Counted from the first letter of the whole stretch, positions 26,510 to 38,390 are shown. The stretch: DNA of 63,629 nucleotides, filler included, from Bigelowiella natans CCMP2755 (GCA_000320545.1; 7 parts of 7 records of this genome joined end to end with filler, not necessarily neighbours in it), one strand, 5' to 3'. The notes: a model not told the origin generated them from the letters alone. A program made the numbers and translations.

Positions 26510-26835
26510 TGTAGCGCGTACCACTACGCGGGCACAAGTCACGTGCGACAACAAAGGGGTTGTCGCGGATATAGAATATAGATAACGTAGATATTAATAC
26601 AGCATAGGCACGTGGGTTCCGGCGGGACTCATGGCAGCACACCGGAAGTGTGCTGCCCCACGTGCGGCGGCATTCGCGAAAGCTTCGCGAATGATTACGC
26701 AGTGCACGATTTAATAAAAATATAATCTTTAATAAAAATAAACACAACTCTTCAAAAGGAAGCAAACGTGCCTTTCCCCCCCCCTGCCTACTTGTGCACG
26801 TAGCGCCTCGGCCTGTGAACACCTTACGCGCAACA
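26510..26835 (+). repeat. 5' LTR, 326 bp
   Basis: Base-for-base match to 1297-1622, TG...CA ends. Confidence 0.95.
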
Positions 26836-26840
26836 ACCTT

Positions 26841-26858
26841 TGGCTTCCACACACGGGA
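26841..26858 (+). promoter_or_regulatory. Primer-binding site (tRNA identity not determined)
   Basis: TGGCTTCCACACACGGGA, 5 nt after the LTR end. Reverse complement ends ...TGTGGAAG-CCA like a tRNA 3' end. Confidence 0.75.
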
Positions 26859-26874
26859 AACGATTTGACTAACA

Positions 26875-28365
26875 ATGTCACAGCAGCTAGAAGAACAGCA
26901 GGACTTTGGCTCGCAGGCCGTGCAAGGGCACGAGCAGAAACAGGAAAGGAAGGGCGATACGGACGCTAAGGAAGGAGGAGGAACACCTCCACAGGCACCG
27001 CCGGGACCAGCACCCGGGATTAAGAAAGCAGATGCAGCAGCAGAGGCACTGGAGAACTTCTACGAGGCGGACGACGAGGACGTGGCCGCCGAAAGCAAGA
27101 AGGTCGTAATGGCATTACGAGCCTTGCGACCCAGGGCGAGCAACTACGCCAAACTGAAAGTATCGATAGAATACAAGTATCAGACACATGATGTTTGGGC
27201 AGCTATCATGCAGGACATCATGGATTACGAAGCAGACTTACCTCCAGAGTGGGCAGCTTTGTTTAGGAACGACGGGGGTCTGGGCGCCTCGCGGGGGACG
27301 ACCCAGAGCACCGTCAAGCAGCAGCAGCCGGTACAGCGGAACACCCAGTTCATGTCTGTTAAAACAGCACCGGTTATGATAACGAAATACAACGGGAAAA
27401 GAGGTGAGGCAAGGAGGTGGTGGAAGAACGCTAGGAGTATACTCTGCGACTTTACCCCTAACCCCACCGAAAACGACAAGCTCAAATGGCTAGCTATAAT
27501 AAAGCAAGCCATGGACCTTTACGAGACAGGCAGGACCCGGATCAGGCAGCTAGAGAAAATACACACTACAGTTAGTGGGCTACGAGACGTTGAGGCGATA
27601 ATGAAGGCTTTTGTAAATGAACAGGATGCTAACTCCCTACCCCAGGCTATTAGAAAATACAGAGCAATGATGCAGCATGAGAGAGAACCTGTTAGAGACT
27701 TTGCCACGCGCTTCCAGGATATGATCGACGAACTACATGATTTTAATTACAACACAGGTGATGATCAGGCAAGGTTTGAAGAGTTCAAGTTAAAGATAAA
27801 GGAATCCACTTACGTTACGGAGAAAGGCTACACCACGATGGAGGCAGCAGTGCAGGCTATATCCCTACGCGAGCAGGAGCAGGACCGCAAGTTTACCAGC
27901 CCTAAGGTACCTGGCATAGGAAACATTAACGCTATTAAGCCGCAGCGAGACTGGTACAAGGACAGGGAAGGTAACCGACGTTGCGGATACTGCTCACGTA
28001 AAGGGAAACACACCGCTAAAGACTGCAGAGACAGGAAAGAAGGACGACCCAGGATGACGATCAGGCAGCTCAACGAACACTACGAGAAGTTAAAGAGAAA
28101 GAAAGGCAGAGGACAAGGATATAACAACAGCAAATGGCAAGGCAGCAACAACGGGAAGAACAATAAATATAAGAACAAAAAGCAGAACAGTATCAATGCT
28201 ATACAGCAGCAGATAAACGGAATATTAGATCACCTTAAGCAGGCGCCGACGAAGACAGCAGTACCAGCAACGCAGGACCAAGACAAACCCACGTGCCTAT
28301 GCTGTATTAATATCTACGTTATCTATATTCTATATCCGCGACAACCCCTTTGTTGTCGCACGTGA
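26875..28365 (+). CDS. gag: Gag polyprotein, prematurely terminated by an inverted LTR-fragment insertion
   Basis: KYNGKRGEARRWW, QHEREPVRDFATRF (major-homology-like), CGYCSRKGKHTAKDC knuckle at 27982-28026. Last ~25 codons derive from the insertion. Confidence 0.88.
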   Translation: MSQQLEEQQDFGSQAVQGHEQKQERKGDTDAKEGGGTPPQAPPGPAPGIKKADAAAEALENFYEADDEDVAAESKKVVMALRALRPRASNYAKLKVSIEYKYQTHDVWAAIMQDIMDYEADLPPEWAALFRNDGGLGASRGTTQSTVKQQQPVQRNTQFMSVKTAPVMITKYNGKRGEARRWWKNARSILCDFTPNPTENDKLKWLAIIKQAMDLYETGRTRIRQLEKIHTTVSGLRDVEAIMKAFVNEQDANSLPQAIRKYRAMMQHEREPVRDFATRFQDMIDELHDFNYNTGDDQARFEEFKLKIKESTYVTEKGYTTMEAAVQAISLREQEQDRKFTSPKVPGIGNINAIKPQRDWYKDREGNRRCGYCSRKGKHTAKDCRDRKEGRPRMTIRQLNEHYEKLKRKKGRGQGYNNSKWQGSNNGKNNKYKNKKQNSINAIQQQINGILDHLKQAPTKTAVPATQDQDKPTCLCCINIYVIYILYPRQPLCCRT

Positions 28366-28415
28366 CTTGTGCCCGCGTAGTGGTACGCGCTACACCTCCC
28401 CCAAGTCACGTTGCT
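28286..28415 (-). repeat. Inverted 130-nt copy of element 3'UTR + PPT + first 109 nt of LTR, flanked by a 20-21 bp direct duplication
   Basis: Reverse complement of 1276-1405. AGCAACGCAGGACCAAGACAA at both 28266 and 28416. Confidence 0.92.
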
Positions 28416-28694
28416 AGCAACGCAGGACCAAGACAAGCCCATGACCCTAGACGACATAAAGAACTTAGGAGTATGCAACATTAATGACGAAGACGCTAAC
28501 AGGACTATCAAAGTTGCTATGACCAAGGTTAAAGTTAAAGACAGCTACGGAGACTACAAGAAACTACCTGCCCTTTGGGATAGTGGCAGCATGCCGAAGT
28601 CCTTCATAAGCCTAAGCACAGTAAGAAGGTTAGGACTATTGGATCAAGTGACTAAGAAAGAACGTAAATATGCTCAAGCAGACGGAAGCTCTTC
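28416..28694 (+). CDS. Retroviral-type aspartic protease (pol N-terminus), partial
   Basis: LPALWDSGSMPKSFIS (Asp at 28579) and AQADGS flap-like motif. Same frame as gag. Confidence 0.85.
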
Positions 28695-28794
28695 NNNNNN
28701 NNNNNNNNNNNNNNNNNNNNNNNNNNNNNNNNNNNNNNTTAATTAATTAANNNNNNNNNNNNNNNNNNNNNNNNNNNNNNNNNNNNNNNNNNNN
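28695..28794. other. Assembly linker (also 36444-36543, 45780-45879, 53661-53760, 56857-56956, 61873-61972)
   Basis: N-run + TTAATTAATTAA (stops in six frames) + N-run, 100 nt each; artificial. Confidence 0.98.
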
Positions 28795-29446
28795 TACTTA
28801 ATGAGATGGTTGATAGAGGATGGAGGGACAAACGGAAAGGGAAATTGACTTTGGGATGTCGATACAGCTCTAGATGTAGAAAGTGGAATTCTCTGGCCAG
28901 GAGAGGGGAGCTGGCTGAGTGAAGAAGGCATCTGGTGGCTGGGTTGTTCGCCTCGTAGCTGCTTTCGTCTCCACTGCCACATCCATTCCCTCCTTGGGCC
29001 TAAATATTTCAGTTGTAGATTGTCGGGCTATAATTTTGATGAAACTAAGTTTTGGTCATGGCGTCCTACGCTTGTCTACTATGAGGGAAGATCGAAATAA
29101 TATATACCCCCACCCCTTGCTCTTGTTCACAATTTACCAGTTGGAGCATCGCCTGGGCTGACCTAGACTTGTGATCGACCGGGCAACTAGATTTCTTCGA
29201 AGAATGGTCAACTGGGCATGCTGACGGATCGGCAGTGACTTTGGCATCTGCCCCTCTGTTTACATCCACGTGAATACAGACGGCACATCATATGGCAAAT
29301 TCGATGATCATAAAGCAATTTTGTTCAGAACCCTCTTTAGAATAGAATATGGATAATATCTTGGTCCGGGCTGAAAGATTTGTGCATATCCTCTCTACAG
29401 CGGGCAGGGGAGGGGCTACAAGAACCTGTGGTTGGGCACTGGGCAT
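28795..29446 (-). CDS. HCCS: Holocytochrome c synthase N-terminal part (3' end lost in gap)
   Basis: Two CPV heme-regulatory motifs (SACPVDH..SSCPVDH), then QMPSSLSQLPSPGQRIPLSTSRAVST(IPK with a 1-nt indel). Start tentative. Confidence 0.75.
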
Positions 29447-29879
29447 GAGGGAGAAGCCTCGTCGGCCATCGGATCGAATGTAAGCCGTTAAATATACGAC
29501 GACATGAAAAAGTACTAGTCGCTTAAATAAATTCAATTATCATTCGGACTTTGACTGTGCTGTGAAATTTGTTGTCGCAGTATGAAAGATAACCACCGTT
29601 TCGAATAAGTGGAAGGTGGCACAAGAAACTTTCATAATTTTCATCACGGGAAGAGCAACTTTGTACAATTTTTGCTCCTGAAAATACCGAGGACACGCCA
29701 TACGACACTGCGATTCGATATTCGTAGATTCTGAGAAAGGCATGTAATTTAGCACAAACGACACGAAATATATGGGGTTTTAAAAAATAATCTGCGATGT
29801 TTTACGATGTTCACATTCACTTTTTTTCAGATTAAGTACAGGCCGTGCGCTCTCGGAAAGAAGTATCGGCTTTGGTCCT

Positions 29880-30505
29880 GTGATTAGAATCGAGGAAGAA
29901 TCATGGTCAGAGGCGGAAGTGAAGAAGGCAAGATTGGGGGAAATTTTGAGAAGAAATTACAGAAGTACTCCGAACTGCTTGAAAGGTTGTAACAAACAGC
30001 GTAACCGGAAAACTGTAAATATGATTTGTTCTTTATGGGCCAGAGATGTAAAGGGTGTCGGAGAGTTCTTCTCCAATCTGGGATACTCTGAAGCTGCAAA
30101 GAAGTTTATTGAGAATAAAATCGAAGGACGACTCCTCCCGGGCCTCACAACGGATCATTTGGTACATATGATCCAGAAATCACAGAAAACGCGTTGCCAT
30201 TTGACCTTTATCGGCACATTATATTTTTTCAAAGATTAGAATGGGGGTTAACATTGTTGGCGATCAGCTAAGAATTATGGAGGTAAGAATTCGATCAGGT
30301 TTGATATATGTATTGCGAGTAGTTAAAAACTCACCCGCAGGAAGTTAGCTATATACGCATGGTGTCTCGTGCGAATTCAACTACTAAGGGAATTTGGGAA
30401 GGTGATACGTACCAACATTATCTGAAATGATACAATTTAAAATACGAAAACTAGCAAATGCCTTCCATACACATGGTATACACACACGCGCGCGTGCGAG
30501 CATGC

Positions 30506-30550
<45 letters not shown>

Positions 30551-31419
30551 GAGGACGGAGAGGAAGAGCAGTGGCACACGAAGTTATTTTCTAATTATAA
30601 ATTGCAGGCATGGAGTTCAGACAGGGTCCATGCCGTAACGTGCTTCCATTTAAGTCAGATGAAGATAAAATAGAGAAGTGTTATAAGCATGTTTTGGTAT
30701 CTGAACGAAATAAACTGGCTGTTTTCGAGAGGTTGAAAGCAGCTGGAGAATATTTGAATCCTGAGTAGAAATGTTTCAGCTTTCCTTTTTGCTGTTTTGC
30801 TGGACCTCCGGAAATGTACAAATTATCATCAACCAGAATCTCGGTTAGTTCGAATGAGTGAAAAAGTTCTTTACTAACATCAACTACATGCACAAAGAGC
30901 CCATATACTTGTGAATAGATTATCATATGCGCGATGTCTATCAGTTCAAATACGAATTTTGTTTAATCTAATTCGTATTCTTCATTTAACTCTAACACTG
31001 ATGCTGTATATGTTTCCGTGTAGATCAAGCACATCCAGTACCACATCAATTGCTTTGGATCTTTTTGTGGATACCGAGAAGTCAAGGATAATATCGACCT
31101 CGTAATAATCTCTCTGATTATGGTTGAGAGCAAAAATAACAGCTTCTTTTCCAAATGAAATGTATTCTATTACTCCGCCTCCAGACAAAAATTGTAGACG
31201 TTGATTATCTCTCGGAGAACCCTGGGTGCTGCTCATGTGATGTGGGGAGATCTGTTCTCCAGATAATGGATATCAACGAAAAACAGTACTTAATGCATCT
31301 CGAAGAGGTTAGCTCGTTTCATTTCGCAACTAGGAAAGATTGTATGCTCGCGTACATAGTATTCTGATCTATGGTGTACATAATTAGTGCAATACATTCA
31401 TGTAAATATTTATGTAATA

Positions 31420-31462
<43 letters not shown>

Positions 31463-31656
31463 CTGTACAGACACACATATACATATCGTCTCAGGAAAAA
31501 GCAAAGTCAGTAGCCGTCATCATTCAAGCCGCGATCGAAGAGAACACCCTACGTGAAGCAAGGAATTTGTCCGCCCGACAAAAGATAATACGAGCGAGAA
31601 ATATATTTAGTTTTTTTACAGTGTACAAATGCGGACGTATCATTTATGCATTGTAG
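29880..31656 (+). CDS. SAM-domain protein with Cys-containing C-terminal domain, multi-exon
   Basis: DVKGVGEFFSNLGYSEAAKKFIENKIEGRLLPGLTTDHL|..MGVNIVGDQLRIM is a SAM pattern. Later exons IVDVDYLSENPGCCSC and VIIQAAIEE. Confidence 0.65.
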
Positions 31657-32124
31657 CTGCACAATATAAGCTATAGTTTGCAGATTACGAAGCCCTCGAA
31701 TCGTAATGGTTTGATACTGATACATAGTTCCACTACAACATGCACGAGCATATTCGCACGTGCAGTAAGTGACACTAGTTTGACAACAAGCTGCAATGCA
31801 TCCGATGTATCACATGCATGTCTTGTACGTGGGTATTGCACACGTCGAATGCCATATGTCTGTTGTACAATTAGACGTGGCTTTTTGCGTGCATAAGCTG
31901 TCACGTACAGTGCACACGTAGCGTATATCACACACAAGCATGCTAGCATGCCCGCGTAGACACTGTGTCCGCTAGGTCAGGCTTTATTGTTTAGTCTGAC
32001 ATCATGCTTCATCCACATCAGATGCTTCATAATGTAGTCCATACTAGCACATGATCCAATCTAGTAATAGATGCACGCGCGCCCCCCCGCGCACACACAC
32101 AAATATACACACACATGCACACAC

Positions 32125-32161
<37 letters not shown>

Positions 32162-32559
32162 CTAGCTTGCTAGACATGCATATACACTATCACACACTTA
32201 CATCTAGACATGCGCAGAACGAACATAACTAGCAGAGAAGTAAATTCCTACATCCGCCGGCTACACGTGTCTACATGGTAGTGTGGTATGCTTGTGTGCT
32301 TGGTATGTGCGTCCAACGTACGCGCAAAATCGCATACGTCTAGACATACATGTATGAGCACTACATTTCAGCCTAGCACAGCAATGCCTACTGTGATGGT
32401 GGAAGGCTGATTAACGGCCAGACTTGCACATATGCAGTACATACAACAAATACACATGTTCGTGAAAGTGCCTGCTATTGTCATGGAATGAAGAGTTTAC
32501 ATTTTGTTGCCCTGCTTCACTTCCCACCGATCAACGTGAAAAGAATAGTCTAAATTCCT

Positions 32560-33608
32560 TCAACCTAATAGATTTTTGTATTCGTTCCTAACTTCCTCCT
32601 CCTCTTCCGGAGTGTAATCACCCCTTATGTTGAAAGTCTTCCTGATCTGTTGTGGAGTTTTGCCTGTATCACATACCATCTTCAGCTACTACTAAAAATG
32701 GCTAAAGTCGCTAGTTTTTAATCCTCAGGTTACTCTTACAATAAATTATTTTCTTGAGATCTTCTGTACCTTTCAGCAGGGATGCCACCTTCGCGCACAT
32801 GAGGAGTAAAAGAGGCTTGATGTCCATATAGTTCGCGGCCTGCAAATAGAGCTCATTTATGTAAAAGAAATATAGAATGCCAATCGGATTCTAATACTTA
32901 CCAGCAGTAATTTGAACATGATCTCCTGACCCACTTCGCAGAACTTTGCATCAAACGAGTCTACAAGGTCTGCCATTCGATTGCTTTTTATCGGTTTTTC
33001 GATCTCCCGTGGCCTCACGGTCTCATGGTACTGCATATACTTGACTATTCTCTCTACGATATCGCCTTCAATGTGAAATAACTCAATCTCACTGCAGGTT
33101 GAGTCTGATTATTTGCAAAGAGTCGCGTGAGAGGAATGTGAAGAACCACGATTTACAAGAAATGCAATATCAAGGGAGTAATTTGCATGCCCCCGAAATT
33201 AAGAAACCGATTATGTTCACATAGAACATCATAAAAGCAAAGCGATCTTTGAGATTCAAATACCTCCCTCGATTGTGGTCCGGATGAGTTTTGACATGCG
33301 CGCTGCCTTTTTCGAGATGGTAAACTTCTTCTTATCCTTGGAACAAATTGTTATTTCTTCTGTTCCAATCTCATCATCGAGACCGCCTATTCCTGCCTCC
33401 GAGGCGTCCACTTCCTTTGAGGCTGCAAGAATCACAGCGATGAGGATGAAATTTAAAATCGCAAGGAAGAAAGTCTAATTAAAATGAATATGTGAAAAAA
33501 AAACAAGACCTTCCTTAATATACCTTGATTAGTATCTGCCGAGTTTGGGCCATCTGTAGCTTCCCCAGCGCCTTTGGTTGGGCCAGAAGGGTTCTTCTCG
33601 TCTTCCAT
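32560..33608 (-). CDS. SKP1: SKP1, SCF ubiquitin ligase adaptor, 5 exons
   Basis: [17 protein letters not shown]|[23 protein letters not shown]|[32 protein letters not shown] introns. Confidence 0.95.
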
Positions 33609-34699
33609 ACCTATGCTTCTTCTGGTCTCTTGGAAGCCACTAGTCTGCTATCGTCCTCTTTTCTGTGACGAGCGAAAGATTCTCATCAAGTATTTTTAGC
33701 AAAAAAAATTAGGATATTTTATGGATGCTTTGCTGAAAAGAAAACTCTTGGTACCAGTACGAATCAAGCATGAATGTTGCCACGATGAGACCAGGATGGA
33801 ACTAGAGGAAATAATTTTAGAACTCTTGTCTTTGTTTTAAAAACAAGGCTAATGATCAAAGTGCGACACATTCTATGCGGGCCTGGAATCATAAGACCTA
33901 TGAAAATTGAGGATGAATGCCTCATTAAAAATCGTTATTAAAATTAGATTCGCCCTACCTGAAGCAGTGGTCAACAGTGTTGCACATCAGAAGTGTAGTG
34001 TAACTCGGTTGATAATGAGCGGCGCAACGGTCCAGGCCGGAGACGGAGCAGACAGAAGCTGTCCGCCATTGCTAGCAGGAGGAAAACGAATCTTTTTGTT
34101 TCCTGGTTTGGCGAGTCCCGGGTGTCGCAAATTGAAATGAGCCCCCCTTCATGGTTTTCCCCCTGTTTGTCATCATCCGACTGGCTGCACAGGTCGTCAT
34201 ACGAAAAGGAGATGAATTTTGTGTTGAGCTGAAGCTCATCGCGGAGCTTCTCGGACGGAAAGAGAAAAGCCCTTGTGAAATAATTCGTAACGAGAATTCT
34301 TGAGGAAAAGCCAAGAAAATTAAGGAAATAACCCTAATGCGGCATCGAATTCATCAAATCGCTTCGCAATAAATCCAGAAATTTCCTCTTTTTAGCGTTC
34401 TATTTAAAACTTATAGGGCTGAGATTTGAGTCTCGTGTTGGACTAAAATTTGCCCTAGAAACATCCTAAACCAGAAAAAGTACAGCATCGCGGGGTATAA
34501 CATCTGACACGCCCCCCCGCTTGCGCATACACACATATCCAGAGGCCTATTGGCCAAACTGGCTACCTATCCCGCTCAGTAGCATCGAAAACGGCTGGTG
34601 GTCATCCATGGTGTGCCCATTTACGCCCCACGACTACATACTTGGTCTGTGACAGATTGCTACACATTGGAATTGCATCTAATCCTTTTTTCAATTTCC

Positions 34700-34801
34700 A
34701 GGATCGGTGTATGGAATTCTCTTTTTGGTCTCCTTCTACTACTCGGTAGAACTACACGCGTTTGTACCTCGATGATAGTTGTTATTCAAGCATGACACCC
34801 A

Positions 34802-34845
<44 letters not shown>

Positions 34846-35028
34846 TAAATACATGTATATGCATACATTCACATAGATATCCATGTCAATTATTTTTGTG
34901 GTTGATCCTTTACGGCACGCAGGTTGATTCTTGGAAAGCCGCCAAACGAAGGGACCCGAATACCCAAAATTCCAGTAACAGAAACAATGACTGGTGCCTT
35001 CGGTAATATTTCGTAATTGCACTGCCCA

Positions 35029-35073
<45 letters not shown>

Positions 35074-35104
35074 CCTTCGAAGAAACAAGAAAAAATAACT
35101 GAGA

Positions 35105-35162
<58 letters not shown>

Positions 35163-35183
35163 GTGTGTGTGTGTGTGATTCTC

Positions 35184-35270
<87 letters not shown>

Positions 35271-35364
35271 GAGAGAGAGAGAGAGTGCGAGAGAGAGTCT
35301 GTGTGACTGTGTCTGTGTGTGTGAGCGTGTGTGTCTGCGGCGCGGCGTCCGAACCGCTCCGTCC

Positions 35365-35444
<80 letters not shown>

Positions 35445-36407
35445 TTGTTTGTTGGGAGAGAGAGGGGGGGGGGGGGGGGGAATATCAAACATTTAGAGAC
35501 ACTCACATGCGTTTCTATTATACAGGATATTCTTCGTATCTCTCAGTCTACAATGTGTATGCAGATCTCTAGGTCTACACTAACTACATTTCGTCTTGCT
35601 TTAAGGGAGCATGTAATTTTGCATCCCACTCACATGAAAACAACACTTCTCTCCTCCTCACTTCTGGCAGGTTTCGCGTTATCTCCATCATACCTCCCTT
35701 GCAAAAGAGACCTCGTTGGCTCTGGTCCTACGTGGCTTGATATCCTCGTCAATACACCAGCGGTACGAATAATACAAAACTCCTTGCCCTCCTGATGTGT
35801 TTCCCCTATTTTGTCGCCACAACTTTTCAATTTTCCTTTAAGTGTCCATGCATTGTTACCTTGCATCGTTCCCTGCCTAGATTTCTTGCTATCAAACAAT
35901 GCGTGTGCAATTCATCCCATCGGAGAGAGATGGAACTGTTCGAACCAGCCAAGTTCTACTCGTGTATCATCTGTTATGGGACAAAATCCCTTCGACGTGA
36001 TTGAATATATGTTTATAATGTGGGAGTGTATAAGTCAATATATGCATGCACGATCAACAGGTCTTCGAAATCTCTACGTTCTCCACTCTTATCCGTGCGT
36101 TCGCCTCGTCATATCATGTGATTCTCAAGTCAGGGGTCAGTCAAAGAAGGAGAGTGGAAAGAACAGTAGTAGCAGCAGTAGTAGTAGTACACGAATAATA
36201 CAGACTAACCCTATCACAAAATTGATATCGTTCCTTCATATGATTTATCTGGTGTTGCTAGATGTTTCACAAGAAGATGCTGACAGCGGTTACAGCGCTC
36301 CTCGTGATCATCAATGTAAGCATAAATTAGATTTCGGCGGAATTTTTAAAAAACAAACACGAAATGACTTAATGAAACCTAGGCTGAAAATGATGATTTC
36401 ATCATAA
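34700..36407 (+). CDS. Putative multi-pass membrane protein, multi-exon, incomplete
   Basis: AG/GT-bounded hydrophobic exons GSVYGILFLVSFYYS, IFFVSLSLQCVCR, WLDILVNTPA. Family not identified. Confidence 0.35.
34790..35480. repeat. Compound dinucleotide microsatellite cluster (AC, CT, AT, GT, AG), intronic
   Basis: Directly visible arrays; source of spurious ORFs in the track. Confidence 0.95.
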
Positions 36408-36559
36408 ATTCTCTCTCTCTCTCTCTCCCTCTCTCTCTCTCTCNNNNNNNNNNNNNNNNNNNNNNNNNNNNNNNNNNNNNNNNNNNNTTAATTAATTAAN
36501 NNNNNNNNNNNNNNNNNNNNNNNNNNNNNNNNNNNNNNNNNNNGGCGATACGATCACAA

Positions 36560-37512
36560 TGACTACTCGCACTGCATCGGCTTGCCTTCAGGGCAGTTTA
36601 AGATGTGGGCGTATTTGGCAGGGGGGAGGGGGGGAGGGGAGGAGAGCTACTATGGATATGTCGTCGTTGGGTTACAAAGAACTGCTACGTACGGATATTG
36701 GCAGGCTTCGCCGCTCCAGCCTGGGTTGCACCTGTGCAACGGATGGGGGGGGGGATACAAATGGATGAGAAGAAGAAGCAGTTGTGATGACGACGACGAC
36801 AACGATGCCGCGATGATTGGGGGCGATGATGGGGCTGCTGATATTGCTTGTAAGTGATGCATAAACACACACGAGTCGGTGCGACGACTCTGAAAGGAGT
36901 GTGGTAAGTACCTGCACGTGGCCTGTCCCTTGCCGTCTACTACGCAATGGCTGATGAGTGTGGTGAGAGTAGGTGGTTGGAAGGGATTGTTAGATGATTG
37001 GAACTGTGATGAGTGTGGTGAGAGTAGGTGGTGGTTGGAAGGGATTATTAGTTGATTGGAACTGTGATGAGTGTGGTGAGCGTAGGTGGTGGTTGGAAGG
37101 GATTATCAGATGATCGGACCTGTGATGAGTGTGGTGAGTTTAGGTGGTGGTTGGAAGGGATTGTTAGATGATTGGAACTGTGATGAGTGTGGTGAGATTA
37201 GGTGGTGGTTGGAAGGGATTATTAGATGATTGGAACTGTATTATATAGTCATCGTTGCTGCTGCTGCTGCTTCACTAATATCCCCCCCCCCTCCCCCCCC
37301 CCCTGCCCTTCCTCTCCCCCGGCAGCACCCATGTTTGAAGCACGAACGCGGGCAAGGGGACTCTTCGCAGGTTTCTCCTTTGTATCTTTTGGGGAAGGAA
37401 GACACATACAAACACACACACACACACACACACACACTTACACTTACACATACACACAGGAGCTCAACGTTAACTAAGTTAGGATGATATGTTAGAAATA
37501 CAAATATAAGTG

Positions 37513-37550
<38 letters not shown>

Positions 37551-38390
37551 GGTACCCGCCCAAGCAGAGGCACGTCGGTGTATTCGACCCTTGTTTGTGA
37601 TAGCAGAGTCCGTTGCGCGAGCACATGTGCTCACACTTGGCATATCTGAATCGGGAGAGAGGGCAAGGGCGACGGTGGTGATATTGAGGATGATGAGAAT
37701 AGGATCTGTACATCGCTGACGATAGTCATCTTGTTGCACACGACCGCGTATTCATACGCTACGAGGAGTCATCAAAGAAATAAAGAACAACGGCTCTCCT
37801 GTCTCCATAAATGCAGTCATCGCCATAGCCCCGACCACCCCACCCTTCCCTCCCAGAGAGTCAAACCTGCACCGAAAGCCGGCATATCCTTTCCGGCACA
37901 TGCACACGCCTGATAAAACAAGAAGATGGTGAGTTTGTTGGCGCGTGCAGAGCGGCTCAGTCCTCCACAAATACTGCTTTTGGCCCGCGGGTTGATTCAT
38001 CTTAGAGGATGACACTGTTCAGACGTGACGATGCAGTCTCTCACCTCCTGGCATGCACGTCCCATGCTCGCCACATCCAGAACCCGTGGACGAGTTTTGC
38101 GCCGATTCCCCTGGGCTGTTGTATGCACACTCGGGGACTCGTTCTGAGCACGACTCTCCTGTATAGCCATCGAAGCAGTCGCACGTGCCGTCCTGAAGGC
38201 AGCGCCCGTTCATATTGCAGCGATTCGGGCACTCGACGGTAGCATGGAGAGCGGTGGTAGCTGTGGAGTCGCTCTGCTTCCTGTGGGGGGGTGGGGCTGA
38301 GAGGGAGAGGTGGAGGGAGGCGGAGTGAGGAAGGAGCAGCAAAGAACCCAGGAGGGCCACCAGCTGAGAGCCAAACGCCATACCGATCAC
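36560..38390 (-). CDS. Secreted/surface EGF-repeat (tenascin/teneurin-type EGF) protein, 3' end in gap
   Basis: Signal-like LVALLGSLLLL, CPNRCNMNGRCLQDGTCDCFDGYTGESCS, CMCRKGYAGFRC, CSRNGLC..CLCLGGYQ|GETCE, CNPGWSGEACQ. Confidence 0.82.
36952..37238. repeat. Minisatellite, 5 x ~58 bp, intronic
   Basis: Units start at 36952, 37007, 37065, 37123, 37181 (TGATGAGTGTGGTGAG..TAGGTGGTGGTTGGAAGGGATT..GATTGGAACTG). Confidence 0.93.

Larger units (their letters stand above)
26510..28694 (+). mobile_element. 5' part of second copy of the same Ty3/Gypsy-like element (5' LTR - PBS - gag - protease), truncated by assembly gap
   Basis: LTR identical to 1297-1622, TGG-initiated PBS, gag with zinc knuckle, DSG aspartic protease in the same frame. 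Confidence 0.93.

Noticed and set aside
1297-26835. One 25.5-kb element bounded by the two identical LTRs and carrying host genes
   Set aside because: The first LTR is preceded by integrase and PPT (a 3' LTR) and the second is followed by PBS and gag (a 5' LTR). They belong to separate insertions and there is no flanking target-site duplication.
28261-28417. Inverted insert removed as an intron (ends in TTGCTAG)
   Set aside because: The nearby GT/GC donors give 157, 151 or 125 nt excisions, none frame-preserving.
28695-28794. Recurrent TTAATTAATTAA palindrome as a biological motif
   Set aside because: Always centred in fixed-length N runs, so it is an artificial linker. Adjacency across these gaps is also unproven.
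34890-35795. Long ORFs of 137-200 aa
   Set aside because: Translations of dinucleotide microsatellites (YIYI, SLSL, ERER).
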